Source of the DNA: Chrysomallon squamiferum
Lineage: Eukaryota; Animalia; Mollusca
DNA length: 64,000 bases
Direction of reading: 5' to 3'
Assembly (NCBI GenBank): GCA_012295275.1
Contig: CM022666.1
Coordinates: 5,518,001-5,582,000, forward strand
Shown: positions 1-18,690 of the stretch, one piece after another
How positions within the stretch are numbered: the stretch's first letter is position 1
Layout: each line of letters begins with the position of its first letter
Program-made: the position numbers and the translations under genes
The notes under the pieces: model-generated
What the model was told of the DNA's origin: nothing
Databases searched by the model: none
What the model saw: the letters and a program-made list of their open reading frames with translations, nothing else

Positions 1-15
1 TAATATTCTTTTCAG

Positions 16-52
16 AAACTGTTTGAAAATCATACAAAAGCAGAGAAAAGTG
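16..52 (+). pseudogene. TNF 37-nt stalk exon remnant
   Basis: ttttcag|AAACTGTTTGAAAATCATACAAAAGCAGAGAAAAGTG|gcaagt is a diverged copy of 5423-5459 with a GC donor. Confidence 0.75.
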
Positions 53-2250
53 GCAAGTTAGCACAGACATATACAAAAGCAAATCATAAACTTACACACA
101 CAGACACACAAACACACAAAAAGACACTCACACAAAAACACATAGCCACTCATATTTATGTATGCACAAACTTTTTCATAATTAAGTATTTGTATGAAGG
201 GCCGGATTTCCCATACAGGCTTTCTAGACTCGTGCCTAGGACGGCAGTTTATGTTACATAAATTAGAATTTCACATTTGATTTATTAATAATTCATTATG
301 TAAATGTAAAGCCATGTTTTTGCTTTCAACTAGATCATAAGTTATAACCCATTCATATTATATAAACTAAGTGGGAAGGGTGAGGGGGACTTAAGCATTG
401 AGGAGGGGGCGAACCCTGTTTGTATGTGTGTACGAGTCTCTGCGTGTATATAACAGTATGTGTGTGTGTGTGTGTGCGCGTATGTGTGTGTGTAACAGTA
501 TGTGACTTATTTGTATTGTTTTGTATTTTTTGTTTATTATTGTTTATTATTTTTTTTATTTTGTTATCGTTTTCTTGATGTGTTTTGGTTTCCATCTGAA
601 CTCTGCACTGATTAAGGTCATGCAGTAGTTAACTGCGAGTTCTAACTCAGTATCTGTAACAGTATGAACGCGTGTGTAAAATGACTTTGTAGATGTTCCA
701 CAACGCACGTTTACCTAACTTAATTTTGTTCTTACGCAGTAAGTTGAATACCCTTACCTATTAGGATTTTCCACCCGTTTACTTCCATTTGAGCGCGTCA
801 TTGACTGAACTGCGCATGTCAGTGTCTGTTCTAGGTCACAGCATAAAATCACGACAAAACCACCCAAATAGTATCATATTTCGCGTGCTCTAAGTCTTGT
901 TAATATGAGTACGCACGGACTCATGAAAACTAAACTTACATCAGATAAGAGTTCCTTCTCTACTGGTACACAGACCTTGACACACTAATTGCTTACTGGA
1001 AATCCCGGCACGTGATAGTACTATTATACATCGGTCTTACCGAACACGTGAACAGAAGTGACGCTGTAGTCCAGCGCTCCGCGAGGAATTTAGTCCAGCT
1101 GTCAACTGAACACTTTAAGACCAAAGATTATCATGCATTGAAATGATCAGAGTAATAAATGTTTATATATGCTTTACATTTAAAATTATATAATCTGTAA
1201 AAAAGAAAAGATCGTTAAAGCGGAATATTTTGTTTTCATTATATATTTATAATTTTATCGATGAACTGAGCGAACATCTGCTATAAACTTTATTTATTTA
1301 TTTATTGATTTATTTATTGAGTTATTTAATTATTTAATTATTTGTTTGTTTTTTACTTTTATTTGTTTATTTTACTGTGTTTTATTTCATTTCATTTTAT
1401 TTATTTTCTCTTAATTAATTAATTTATTTCACTTTACTTTTCATAACTTTTTATTTATTTTACGGTATTTTATTTTACTTATTTACTTATTTATTTATTT
1501 AACTAAACGGTTAAAATTTCATAATTCTTTGTGTTTTAAACCGAATGTTAATTTTTCTTTATTTTTCGTTTTGTAAAATAAAAGATGTTGCCTCGCTAAT
1601 GAAAAATAAGAAAATAAAAAGGTATCGGTGTTCAATTTTATTTTCACCAACACTAACAACAACAACAACAACAAATTTATTTATCTTTAATAATAATAAT
1701 GTATTCAAACTTTGTCAATCCGTCTATTAGTAATTCGGTGACATAACATCTATTTATAGCCCAATTCCCGAATAAAACGTGGATTTATTAAACATCTGAA
1801 ATCTTCTTCGAAGGAAAAAACAAGTCAACAACATAGTGTTAATATGCTGTTATTCAAAATGCTGGCAACTGTTCAAAGAATGCTATATTACAGTGTCAAA
1901 AATATTTTAAATAATATTGATGTGTGTGTGTGTATGTGAATTTAACAAATTTAATTGAAGAAAATGTATAATCTCTATTTATACCTAATTAGCAACTAAC
2001 TAGCAACAACAACAGCAATAATAAGAAATAAACGAATAAATAAATAAATAATAATAATAATAGTAATAATAATAACAACAACAACAATAATAATTAATTA
2101 TAATAACGGTTATTATGATGGTTTTAAGAGTAAGGTGGTGAATCTAAGCTGTTCATCTTCAACAGAATAGAGTTGAGATAATAATAAACATTTTTATTTA
2201 ATTTAACATTGTTTAAGTTGATAAAATGTAATGTATGTGTATGTGTATAT

Positions 2251-2325
2251 ACAGTGTCACTGACTTTCAGGTAGTCAGTAGCTCTAATGTAGGAAGCAAC
2301 AAAACTTTCTTTGTATCTTCGTACT
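2251..2325 (-). pseudogene. Inverted TNF THD fragment (E-F loop to G strand)
   Basis: The reverse complement reads VRRYKESFVASYIRATDYLKVSDT and aligns to 39641-39715. Confidence 0.85.
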
Positions 2326-2939
2326 AAAGACTAATATGCTAAAATTATCTGTGAGTATTCAAAGCCTGACAAACATGAAAGAAATCCCTTCACTGGTAAT
2401 ATATATTAAACAAACGTATGAACACATGCATAATGTAATAAGAAACCATGAGGAATTGTTCCACAGTTCTTAACTAACCAACAAAAACAACAAATGTACT
2501 TTTATGAAAAAGTGGCTCATGTTATTTGTCAACGTGTACCCGACCTTGCAGCTTGATTTGATAAAAAAAAATTCCACTGTGTGATACACAGACTACATCT
2601 TTTCCTTTTGTTGTTTATGGCTTAGTTGACACAGGACTAGAAATTACGCTGTACTCTTTATTTAACAATAATGTCAAAAGCAATCGTAATAATAATAACA
2701 ACAACAACAACAACAACAACTACTGTTAGTAATACGCTTGACTAATATCTACATACAGCTTGGGTGGGAAGCCCAGTTCCCGAAGAAAATTATTTTTCTC
2801 TGAAAGGAGGTCGACGACGCCATACAACCTTTTCAAAGTAGCTGGTATAAAAATCAACGCAGCCTGTCAGAAAGCGTTTCTATCGTAGACGTGCTTCACT
2901 CCATTGTGAACACAGAGGCAGCCTAATTTAGTAAGTACA

Positions 2940-3125
2940 TGTTTTACTTATTTCATAGGTTATAAATATTTATATAAAATTATAATTTCACTTATTTCAC
3001 AGGTTATATTTATTTATATAAAAGTATAATTTCACTTATTTAATATGATATATATATTTATATAAAATTATAATTTCACTTATTTCATAGGTTATATATA
3101 TCTATATAAAATAATAAATTCACAT
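2940..3125. repeat. Same VNTR upstream of copy A (about 4 units)
   Basis: Same unit; a degenerate version lies at 22620-22825, upstream of copy D. Confidence 0.9.
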
Positions 3126-3613
3126 TGCTGTTTAAGATTTTTCCACGCCCAAATTTCGCTTGTATAATACTAAGTGATATTACATCAACTTGAAAAAACA
3201 AAACATCGCGGTAAATTCGATAAGTATCTAGCACATGCGTTGGCAGGTAAGAATAATAACAGCCACAGAAAATACAGCACTCATTTATTTGTCTGGTATC
3301 TCGAAAATGTGCAAAATGCACGTGCAAGTCGTGCCACTGGCAGCTTAATGTGACAGTTCTATGGTTAAAAAGCAGGAAAACTGACTTACAGATTTACGTT
3401 CCGATCTATAAACAATAACGTTCACGACAGTTTGAATTTCTGGCACTGAGAGGAAACCAGCCCTGGACGTGATCTTTCGAGGACGATACAATATCGGCAA
3501 ACAGAGCGGATATGTAGAATGAGGACCAGGCAAGCTTTGACAGGTTTTTTTCTGCGTTTGCACTAAACGAACCAGCCAAGGTTTAAGGAACGGATAAAGA
3601 GAACATTACCTCA

Positions 3614-3626
3614 AGTTTCGTTTTCC
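3614..3626 (+). promoter_or_regulatory. ISRE-consensus match upstream of TNF copy A
   Basis: AGTTTCGTTTTCC matches AGTTTCNNTTTCC. This is a motif match only. Confidence 0.35.
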
Positions 3627-4269
3627 TCCGAGTCAATTTTTCTGCAGAACCAGACGATCTGCCTACGAAGGTGATTAAATGTGTTATTCAAACTTTGACA
3701 GTACTTTAGTCAAGGTATTTTCCTTCTTGCTTGTGAAATCTGATCTCTGCTGGTTTACGAGAACATCGAACTTTCCGCTATTAAGCCCTACCCGATTTCA
3801 CCGAGTGCTGTTGTTTGTTTTTGAATTTTTCACAATAAAAAACACATTTTAGTTATTTAATTAAATCATGAAAATCTTCGAGCTCGAACTGTTTTCTAAC
3901 TTCTTGGAAAAATAAGATGGTTTGGCTGTAGAATACTGGAAACGAGCCATCATCGCCTTCATTAGTCACGCGATCACAATATTACCACCTGTTTGCATAT
4001 TTATTCCACTTCAGGGCATTGCATGTTTATTGCGCTTTGACACATTATGTTATTTCAAGCTGTTTTTCTGTTACTTTCATTTTTTTACATTGTTTTCATT
4101 CTTGGAAAGTTATGTCTTTGATTGCCAATCAATCATATTTATTTTTCTTGAGAGAAAAAAATATTTATTATTATAATTTTTTTAAATCCTCCTCTTTTTC
4201 CAGTGATATAAATTAGTTCGGACGAAAAACTCTCCTCTTTAAACTCCCCAACAATTGGAAACAAATTTT

Positions 4270-4350
4270 TGGTATCAGATACCAAGGTTTACATCAGGAG
4301 GATTATCTGCTCCATTGAACATCGCTGTGTTGTCATATTGGATTTCAGTG
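4270..4350 (+). other. Probable non-coding first exon of TNF copy A (equivalents end at 36692 and 61462)
   Basis: A conserved block ends in GTG|gtgagt about 480 bp before the ttttacag acceptor at 4833, which precedes the ATG exon. It is conserved in A, B, C and, with a GC donor, in fragment E. The 5' limit is unknown. Confidence 0.5.
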
Positions 4351-4868
4351 GTGAGTATTTGTACACAGTGGTTTACAAGGCATTCACTGAAAATTGATAA
4401 ATCAAGCCTCGCATTTTCAAATTTATTTATTTATTTGTTTATAATTATTATTATTTTTTTTTATTGTTTTTTATTACATCGCCTTAAGAATATTATTTCA
4501 TTTTTTGTTTTGTTTTTTGACCTCACACAGGAACATGTAAAATATATCTTGGTATTATTTATTTCATTTTTTTTTTCTTTTAAAGAATATTATATAGAGC
4601 TATATGTACGTGTGTATATTGTGTGTGAATTTGTCTTGGTAATAGTTATTATTTTATTTATTTAACCATTCTTAAAAAGTTTTATATTTGTGTGTATATA
4701 AGTTAATTTTTGTTTTTGTGTTTGTGTTCTGGAATAATGTTATATATATAAATGTGTATATTGTATTTGCGTATTTATCTTGGTATTATTTATTACTACT
4801 CACAATTGTTTTCCTTATGGTCGTGTTTTACAGATTACTTCTAAAGGAAATAAAAGTTGTTACACAAA

Positions 4869-5969
4869 ATGGTACCAGTTCGTCCAGTCCTTGTCATTTC
4901 CCTTATGGTACTAAACTTCATACTCATCAGTTTCATTGTATCTGTAACATTAAACGAATTTCTGAACAGAGAAACCAACTTGTTGTTTGACAAGGAACTG
5001 TGTGTGAAAATCTCGTGCAAACCAGGAGAAAACTGTTGTGATGACAAATTTACGACCAGAACCAGGAACAATATCACGTATTGCTGTTACAGAGATGGAG
5101 AAAAAGTAATAAGTGAAATTATGAAAAAGGTAAATTCTGTATTTAGTTCTAAAAACTTATATTCCATAAATACATTAAATGGAAAAAATAATGTTTTCTG
5201 TAGATATGAAATTAAGAAAGAGCTACATTCTGTATAAAAATATTGAAAAGTTAAATTCATTATAAATGAAATTTAAAAAAAAAGAAAAGAAAAAAAAATC
5301 CATATACGTTTAATAATATTTGAATTGAGAAAAGGAGAAATTAATAGTTCTGAAAAATATTTATCAATTTAATATTGATTATTGTGGACTAGTTTCAAAT
5401 TGGTTATTAACATTCTTTTTAGAAACTGAGTGAAAGTCATACAAAAGCTGAGAAAAGTGGTAAGTTAACACACACATACACACACACAGACATACGTAAA
5501 ACACAAAATCACAAAACACAAAGTCATAAACACAGATACACATATATATAAACACAGACAGACAAACATAAACAGATCATAAACACTCAGGCACACATCT
5601 TTAAATATCCAAAACAATTATGTAATGACGTGCAAAACTCTATGTATGTAAAATGGATCAGATATGACAAAAGTAAGTGTCGCCAAACTTAAGCAGATCA
5701 GAGATGTCGCTGATCTTTTGAATTTAGATAATAAAAAATAGTGTGTACGAATCTATGTATGTATGTATGAATCTATATATTTATACATGTATCAGTAGTC
5801 TACATGTGTCTGTATATATATATATATATATTTCAGAACAGAAACTTAAACAGATCAGAGAGGTCGCTTACAGTCTGAATAATAAAAACAATGTGAAGAC
5901 ATCGGCTCATCTACAGATGGAAGTGAATGCAACATATGACAAAAAGTAATAAAAACAAATATTAGTAGT

Positions 5970-6029
<60 letters not shown>

Positions 6030-6760
6030 AGTAGTAGTATTAGTAGTAGCAGAGTTATTTACTCTGTTAAAAGAGGAGATTTGGTAATAAATGTGGTAGT
6101 AGTAAAATAGAAGTAATAGTAGTAGTTTCTCTGGTAAAAGTAGTTGTAGTAGTAATCACATAGTTATTAGTAGTGGTTAGGAAATAATAGAAGAAACTGT
6201 GATAACAATAGTATTAGCACGTTAGTAGTAAAAATATCAATGATGGTACTAAAGTAGTCAATAGCAGGAGTTTGTAGTAGTTATAGAAATATATTAGTAA
6301 TATTAACTACAACTGTTGACAATTTAAAATAAAAATATTATTAAAAAATAATTTATTCTTACAAACATTTCAGAGAATCCAAAGCCTTTAATCAAATGGA
6401 CGTCGTCTGGAAAAAGATCGTTTGTGAAAGGAGGTGTGGCTGTTGTCGCTGACGGGATTCAAGTCAAAGAATCTGCTTACTACTTCATATACAGCAACGT
6501 TGTATTCCATGCCAACCAAGTGAGAGAGCTAGAATACGCTAGGCTGTGTCACTCAATTGAAAAATATCCAAATTATGAAGTCCTCTACAGAAATCCTCAA
6601 ACAACATGCAAAATACGAAGATAATGCAGGTTTTGTTCCTTCCTACATTGGAGCTGTTTACTACCTGAAAGCCAATGACACTGTAGTGGTGAGAACATCA
6701 GTTGTGAACAGAATTTTGAGAGATCCTGAGACAACCTACTTTGGCCTGTATATGCTGTAA
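4869..6760 (+). pseudogene. TNF-superfamily ligand, copy A, with two frameshifts (pseudogene or assembly indel errors)
   Basis: GT-AG exons are 4869-5129 (MVPVRPVLVISLMVLNFILISFIV...CCYRDGEKVISEIMKK), 5423-5459 (KLSESHTKAEKS), 5837-5945 (QKLKQ...TSAHLQMEV) and 6374-6760 (LIKW...YYFIYSNVVF...SYIGAVYYL...TYFGLYML*). Exon 5837-5945 is 109 nt versus 108 nt in copies B and C, because of an extra A before a weaker gtaata donor. A second frameshift near 6620 splits the last exon into ORFs 6424-6624 and 6557-6760. Confidence 0.88.
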
Positions 6761-6923
6761 AATTGTTACGAGAGGCCTGAATTATAACTGTTCATATATA
6801 ATTTTCTGTACGCCCACTGTATCTATGGACTTGTATATATAAAACGAACCTTTTACTTTAACATTATCCTGAAACATTTATATTAGACATACTTGGATCT
6901 TTCTTTAAAGTCTTCAATGGGGG

Positions 6924-6980
<57 letters not shown>

Positions 6981-9104
6981 TTTGTGGTTTTTTGTGAATT
7001 GTGATGTTGGTATATCTAACCTTTTTAAATTTATTTTTATATTTCTTCCATTAATAATTAGTTATGCTATTGGAATATGATTTAAAATGATTACATAATT
7101 GCTGGCGATACATGAACTGAATAAGAGTAATTAACAACGAAGCGCAGGAAGCCTCATTCAATCAGTACTGCTGTACTATTAGACATTATTAATGTACTAT
7201 GAGACATTATTATTGTATTGCAGTTCACAAAGCCACGCAGTTTGCCCAGGACAGATTTGTATCACTGGATCCCGAGAGTCATGAATACTAACAAGTAATA
7301 GATAATTTTCTGTTACTTGCTTGCAACTACAAAATTACAAGATATTTTTGCAACACACTGGGCTTTCCACCCAAGCTATAAATAAGTTGTCAGGTCACTA
7401 GGTAAAGTTGTCAACCGAATTACTAATAGACGGATTTAGAAAGTATGAATGCACTATTATTGATATAAATAAATGCATCTGTTGTTTGGTTGTTGTTGTT
7501 ATTGTTGTTGAAAATGAATATGAACACCGATACTTTTATAATTTTTATTATTATTAATTTTTTATTTTTCTTTGAGGTCTGTTCATTAACAAAGCAGTAA
7601 CTAGGTCATGAACGCCATTTGCAAGACAGTGCACCCATTCATAAGACTGTTTTAAAAATGTGTGTGTATGTGTGTGTTTCTTAAGATTAAGGTTTCTGAG
7701 AAATAATAAATAACATTCTTCTAGAACTGAGCTTTCCATCCAGGCTATAAATTGTACGTCATAATCAGTAATGGATCAAATAAAGATTTAAAACAACAAG
7801 AAAAAAAAAAAAAAAAAAAAAAAAGGCAAAAATATAAATTAATTAAAAACAACGGTAAAAATAAATAAATAATTAAAAAATGAAAATTAAAATAAAAATA
7901 AAAAAATTTAAGAGTATATTTGTGTGTGCTTGCACAGTATGATAAGTTGACATATTTGTCAAAAGAGTCAGTTTTTTGTTTTTTGTGTTGTTGTTGTCTG
8001 TATTTCATTTATTTCTGCTCTGAATAAGGTCATACAGTTAACTGCAAAGATCAATTAAACTGACATAAAAGTACGTACGTGTGTATAAAATGAATTTGTA
8101 GATATTCCACAATGCACATTTACCCATCTTAATAGATTTTATCCAATAAGTTGAATAACTTTACATATTAACATTTTCCATAGCGTCACTGACAGTGTCT
8201 GTTCTACGTGACAGCATAAAAACACTACACACTGTAACGCGTCCTAACTCTTGCTAATACGCATGCGCATGTATTGAACAAAGCTAAAATTTATATCACG
8301 TGATGGCTCCCCTTTCGTCTCTTTGATACAGTGACCTTGACATACTGATTGTTTACTGGAATAACCTGAATGTTATACTATTATTATACAAGTTTGAATG
8401 CGTTTTGGAAAGTCGTGGAAACTCGTCACTGTGTTTTTAAGGACCTTTAATCTTTTGGAAAATTATGTCTAAACCGTAAATAAAATGTAGGAAAAACTAG
8501 TTTGTTTCACTAATATTTAGGCCCGACCCATCGCCCTGGTTTAGCCAATATAGCGTAGACAACGAAAATGGTTCCGTTTTCAGGCTGTCTGAGCAAACCC
8601 ATAAGGAGTAGTATTTCGTTCATTTTAACGTTAGGGAAATAAGAAGAAAGTAACGCGAAAACTTTTTGTGAAGCAATATTTCATGTATTCATATTTCTGG
8701 CAATTCGCCTTACATATCATCATAGTCATGTCCACTCCAAGAACAAAAGCTGTCCCAAAACTAATCCTACATCTGCAAGTATTTGTAAAGAGGCATGCGC
8801 GGAAAAGTGACAGGAAGTTATTAATTAACATAATTTATATATATAATCATGCATTTCATCAGACGTTGTTCTCTGCTTTTTAAATAAGAATTTTTTTAAT
8901 AATTTCAGTTTTTATTATCTCTGAAGTGTCAAGAACGTTGTATTTACGTTTATATGAGATGGAAATATCACCAACGTAGAATGAAATTTACACACTGCTG
9001 TCAAAAATACGTGATTGGTTACAGGATTCGCTTGGCTGGTCCTAATGTAGTAAATATTATGTAAATTATTGTACTACTCGTAGTTTATTAATATGATTAC
9101 TGTG

Positions 9105-9265
9105 TTTTTTTATTTAACGACGTCACTAAATACATTTTTAATCAACCGTTATATGACCCCATATTTACTGTTAAAGACCACATAGATATACATCGTAAGA
9201 TAAAATTCTACTCCGGAAAACAACGCACTCTACTCTGTTTTGAAAAAAAGCCAGGAATAATTCAT
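9105..9265 (-). mobile_element. SINE-like 3' fragment
   Basis: tttatttaacgacgtcactaaatacatttt...aagaccacatagata...tactctgttttgaa..agccaggaata is the reverse-complement homolog of 42200-42360. It resembles, from memory, the abundant gastropod SINE tail tttaacgacgcactcaacacattt. Confidence 0.5.
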
Positions 9266-9812
9266 ATACATATATATATATATATATGTATATTCATATA
9301 TATATATATAATTACATAGCTTAATCTACTTAATATTGATGTAGATAATAAATAAATAAACAGTACAACAAAAATAACTTTTTAATAACTAAATGGAAAA
9401 TAAAATATATTACAGTCATTTATCTGATTATCACACATCTTTTCTTCAAACGCTTGCTTCATAGGAAAAGTTTCGAAAACTAACAGACGGATAGAGTTCT
9501 CTGAAAAAAAGAAATAATAATAACAACAACAACAACAATAATAATAATAATAATAATAATAATAAGAAGAAGAAGAAGAAGAAGAAGAAGAAAAAAAGAA
9601 TAGTAATGATGACGGTGAATACTCAGTACATGTCTTTGGAGCTACTAAGAAAATTCGATTAAATGAAATACAAATATTAAACGTATTTTAAAATATTGGT
9701 AATTATTTTTATTTTTATCTCTTTCTCTGCCCATCCAGTCTTTCCCCAGTTCCGTTGTTTCTCTGTGTAATCTATGTAAATTGTCTCCCTTTAGTAGTAC
9801 TAATATATGTAT

Positions 9813-10821
<1,009 letters not shown>

Positions 10822-10902
10822 TGAAATATTGAGAAGATTTATTTGCATACATTATCACATACACAGGATTTCTATAATAGAAACAGTGAGTCATCTTGAC
10901 AG

Positions 10903-15247
<4,345 letters not shown>

Positions 15248-16587
15248 AAAGAAATTAATTTAAACCTAACAAAATTACATTCTGATATCTGTGCATAATG
15301 TGTATATTTTATAGACAGTATGTTAAATATTGCTGTTATATAACCATGTACATATCATATACTTATATAGATACGCCTACATACGTGCACATCTACACAC
15401 ACACACACATGTATCATGACTAAGTTTTACTAGTTATGCTCTCGTCCTTCACTGTTTGATTTGCTGTCTAAAAAAAAACTTTAAAAAAACGACAATAATA
15501 ACAATGGTAGCTGACTGGAAAACTTTTAAAAATCCCCAGTAAATTATCTTTAAAAGTAATTCTACCCGAGCAGTGTTTATAAACAGTCATACAAAATACC
15601 CGGCCCACGTGTTTAAGATATTCACTGATTTCAGGCTTGGAAATGTTTACCTAACGTGTGATTGCACCGATTTTACAGTCTGTTTGAATCACGTGATCAC
15701 TGTTATCTCTAGTCCATATAAGCATGTTGAACAACTGACACGATTTTAAATATAAATTAATACAAATAAACAGTTTTTGTCTGTCATAGAATAATCTAAA
15801 TGTTATAACTGTGCGCCTCCGTGGATCTTGTGTAGATATATACTGTAGTGTATAGCTGGAGTGTATTAGGACATTTGAAATTAGATAGTGTAGATGTTCT
15901 GGATTACATTTTTTATAATTTGTTTAGGGTTAGACTGTTGAATAGTGACTAGTTAATAGTCAGACGTTACGTTTTCCTTTCTTTGTTTCTGTTCATGCAC
16001 GTATATCAGATGTACCTGACGTAGTTGTTATTTTTTTGATGTTTTTTGTTTTTCATCTGAAACAGTTAAGTGCGAATATTAACTAAATGTGTGTAATAGT
16101 ATGCACGTGTGTATAAAATGACTTTGTAGATGTACCACAATTCACGTTTACCTACATTAATTATTTTTACCCAGTAAGTTGAATAACCTTACATATTAAC
16201 ATTTTTTATCAGTACACTTCCACTTTGCCACGTCACTGAGTAAACTGCGCATGTCAGTGTCTGTTCTAGACCAGAACAGCACCCTATTTCGCGAGCTTAA
16301 CTCTTGTTAATACGACTGACCATGAAAGCTAAATTTACATCAGATAAGAGTTTCCTCATTCTTGGTACACAGACCTTAATCTGACTAGAATTCCAGTCAC
16401 GTGATAGTACTATTATATGTCGGTTAGTATCACTTACCGAACACGTGAACAGAAGTAACACTGTAGTCCAGGGGTCCGTAAGGAATTTAGTCCGGTCTGT
16501 CAACTGAACACTTTTTTTTTCCTTTAAATCTCCAGATCAAAGCAGCTTTGCTTCCTAGTATCCCTTTTTGATGATCAGTATATAAGT

Positions 16588-16695
<108 letters not shown>

Positions 16696-17539
16696 TGAAT
16701 GTGTGCTGTATTCAGTGAATAAATAATCAAATATTACTGGTTTTCTATATGAATTGACTGATGAAAGTTAAATGTTCGCTGATTGGTTTATAATGAATAA
16801 TACTAGTTAAGTGTTCTTTATACAGTATGTACTCATGCATTGAAATTATCAGAGTAATAAATGTTTATATATACGCTACATTTAAAATTTCATGTAACGT
16901 CTGCATAATAAACAATATATTTAAAGCATTTTTTTAATTTTTTTTTTTCACAATAACACTTTTCTTTTTAAAAGCATTCCAGAATCATAAATATTATGGT
17001 TATTAATTTTATTTGCACTATTATCATCAACATCATTATTCATTTTATTATAACTATCATAATTATCATTAACTTTATTACCAATATCATCTTCATCATT
17101 ATTACTACTGCTATGTTATTACTATATAATTTTGATTACTAGGATTATTCTTTCTACTACTGCTGTTTATATTAGTGCTGCTGCTGCTACTACTACTATT
17201 AAATTTATCATCATCATCATCATTATAATTAGTTTTGTTTGCTGCTGTCATTGTTGTTAAATAAAGACTACAGCGTTACCTCTAGTAAGATGTTCATAAC
17301 TTTTATTACTTGGATAATTACTTTAAGTGTAGTAAAAATGTCTTGTTATGCATTTGTCATTGTCTTCTTTTTCTTCTTTTCTCTTCTAAATATCAAGTAA
17401 AATTAATGAAAATAGTTTTCAACGCACTTTTCACTTATACACCAGTCAGTGACATGATTTAAGTTTTATTTTACGAAGGATAATTTGTATACTTTATAGA
17501 CAATATGTTAAATACTGCTGTTATATAACTATGTTCATA

Positions 17540-17591
<52 letters not shown>

Positions 17592-18199
17592 CCAACTGAA
17601 CACTTGGACTCCAATTATTACATTCACTTGGCCCTCGTTCACAAACACACAGCTGACTGGCCACCTCTCTTCTCTGTGTGTTTGCGCCCGCTAATAGTAT
17701 GTGACTTATTTGTACTGTTTTGTTTTTTGTTCATTATTGTTGTTGTTGTTTAGGTTTTTGGTTGTTTAGTTGTTGCTGTTTTTTGTGCTTTTTCCCACCT
17801 GAACTCTGAACGTTAATATTAATAATAACAAGAAATATAACGGTAACAACCAGCAATAAATGCACGTAGTTTATTTGTGAACATTATGCAAATTTGATTC
17901 TAAGCATGTCATCCTCTCCATTAGGCTATATTTTTCTGTTAACCAATCAAAATGTGGTTTGAAGGACAACGCGTCATCGGAAAAAAAAACAGTTTATGGG
18001 AAACTTAACTTTGTGTTCGTTTTCAATGCAATATTATTATCTTCTAAAGTGCATCTGTCTCTAACACATAATATAAAAATCATTTCGTTATCGAAAAGGA
18101 AGTAAAAGGCAGTATATATTTTTGCAAGATATGTCATTATTTTCCTATAGTCTTATTTTAATTGTTTGAAAAAGTATTCTGTTGTTTGTATAGTATCTG

Positions 18200-18690
18200 T
18201 TGCTAGCTTTTCTCTCTCTGCGTGTGTGTGTGTGTGTGCGTGTGTGGTTTTATTTATTATTTTTTTTGGACGAATGTTACTTATGTGTGTGTCTTTATCT
18301 TGGTACTAATAACATTTTTATCATGTTTGACACAGACTGTATCTAAAGGAAAATGAAGTACTAAACTTGATACTTATCTGTTTTATAAATACATTAAATG
18401 CAACAAAAAAACAACAACAGAAAAATAAGTTTTATATAAAAATAGGTAAATTTTATATAAAAATATTAAATAGTTAAGTTCATTACAAACGAAATAAAAA
18501 AAAAAAAAAAAATCCATATACGTTTAGTAATATTTAAATTATGAAAAGGAGAAATTAATTGTGCTGAAAAATATTTATAAATTTAAACGATTAAAATAGA
18601 CGAGTTTCAAATTGGTTATTAACATTCTTTTTAGAAACTGAGTGAAAGTCATACAAAAGCTGAGAAAAGTGGAAAATTAACACAGGCACA
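18200..18690 (+). pseudogene. Internally deleted TNF remnant (collapsed ATG exon, intron, 37-nt exon at 18635-18671)
   Basis: ctaaaggaaa..tactaaacttgatact..ataaatacattaaatg is followed by intron-2 homology and the 37-nt exon with a mutated donor. Confidence 0.75.

Noticed and set aside
198-420. Possible MITE starting AGGGCCGGATTT
   Set aside because: The candidate right end (gaaccctg) does not match well enough to call TIRs.
3345-3563. Minus-strand ORF conserved at 35740-35973
   Set aside because: Conservation is explained by the segmental duplication. The donor is present only in one copy and no protein family was recognised.
4841-5077. Conserved antisense ORFs (also 23187-23414, 37143-37379, 61865-62101)
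   Set aside because: These are shadows of the TNF ATG exon; conservation follows from recent duplication.
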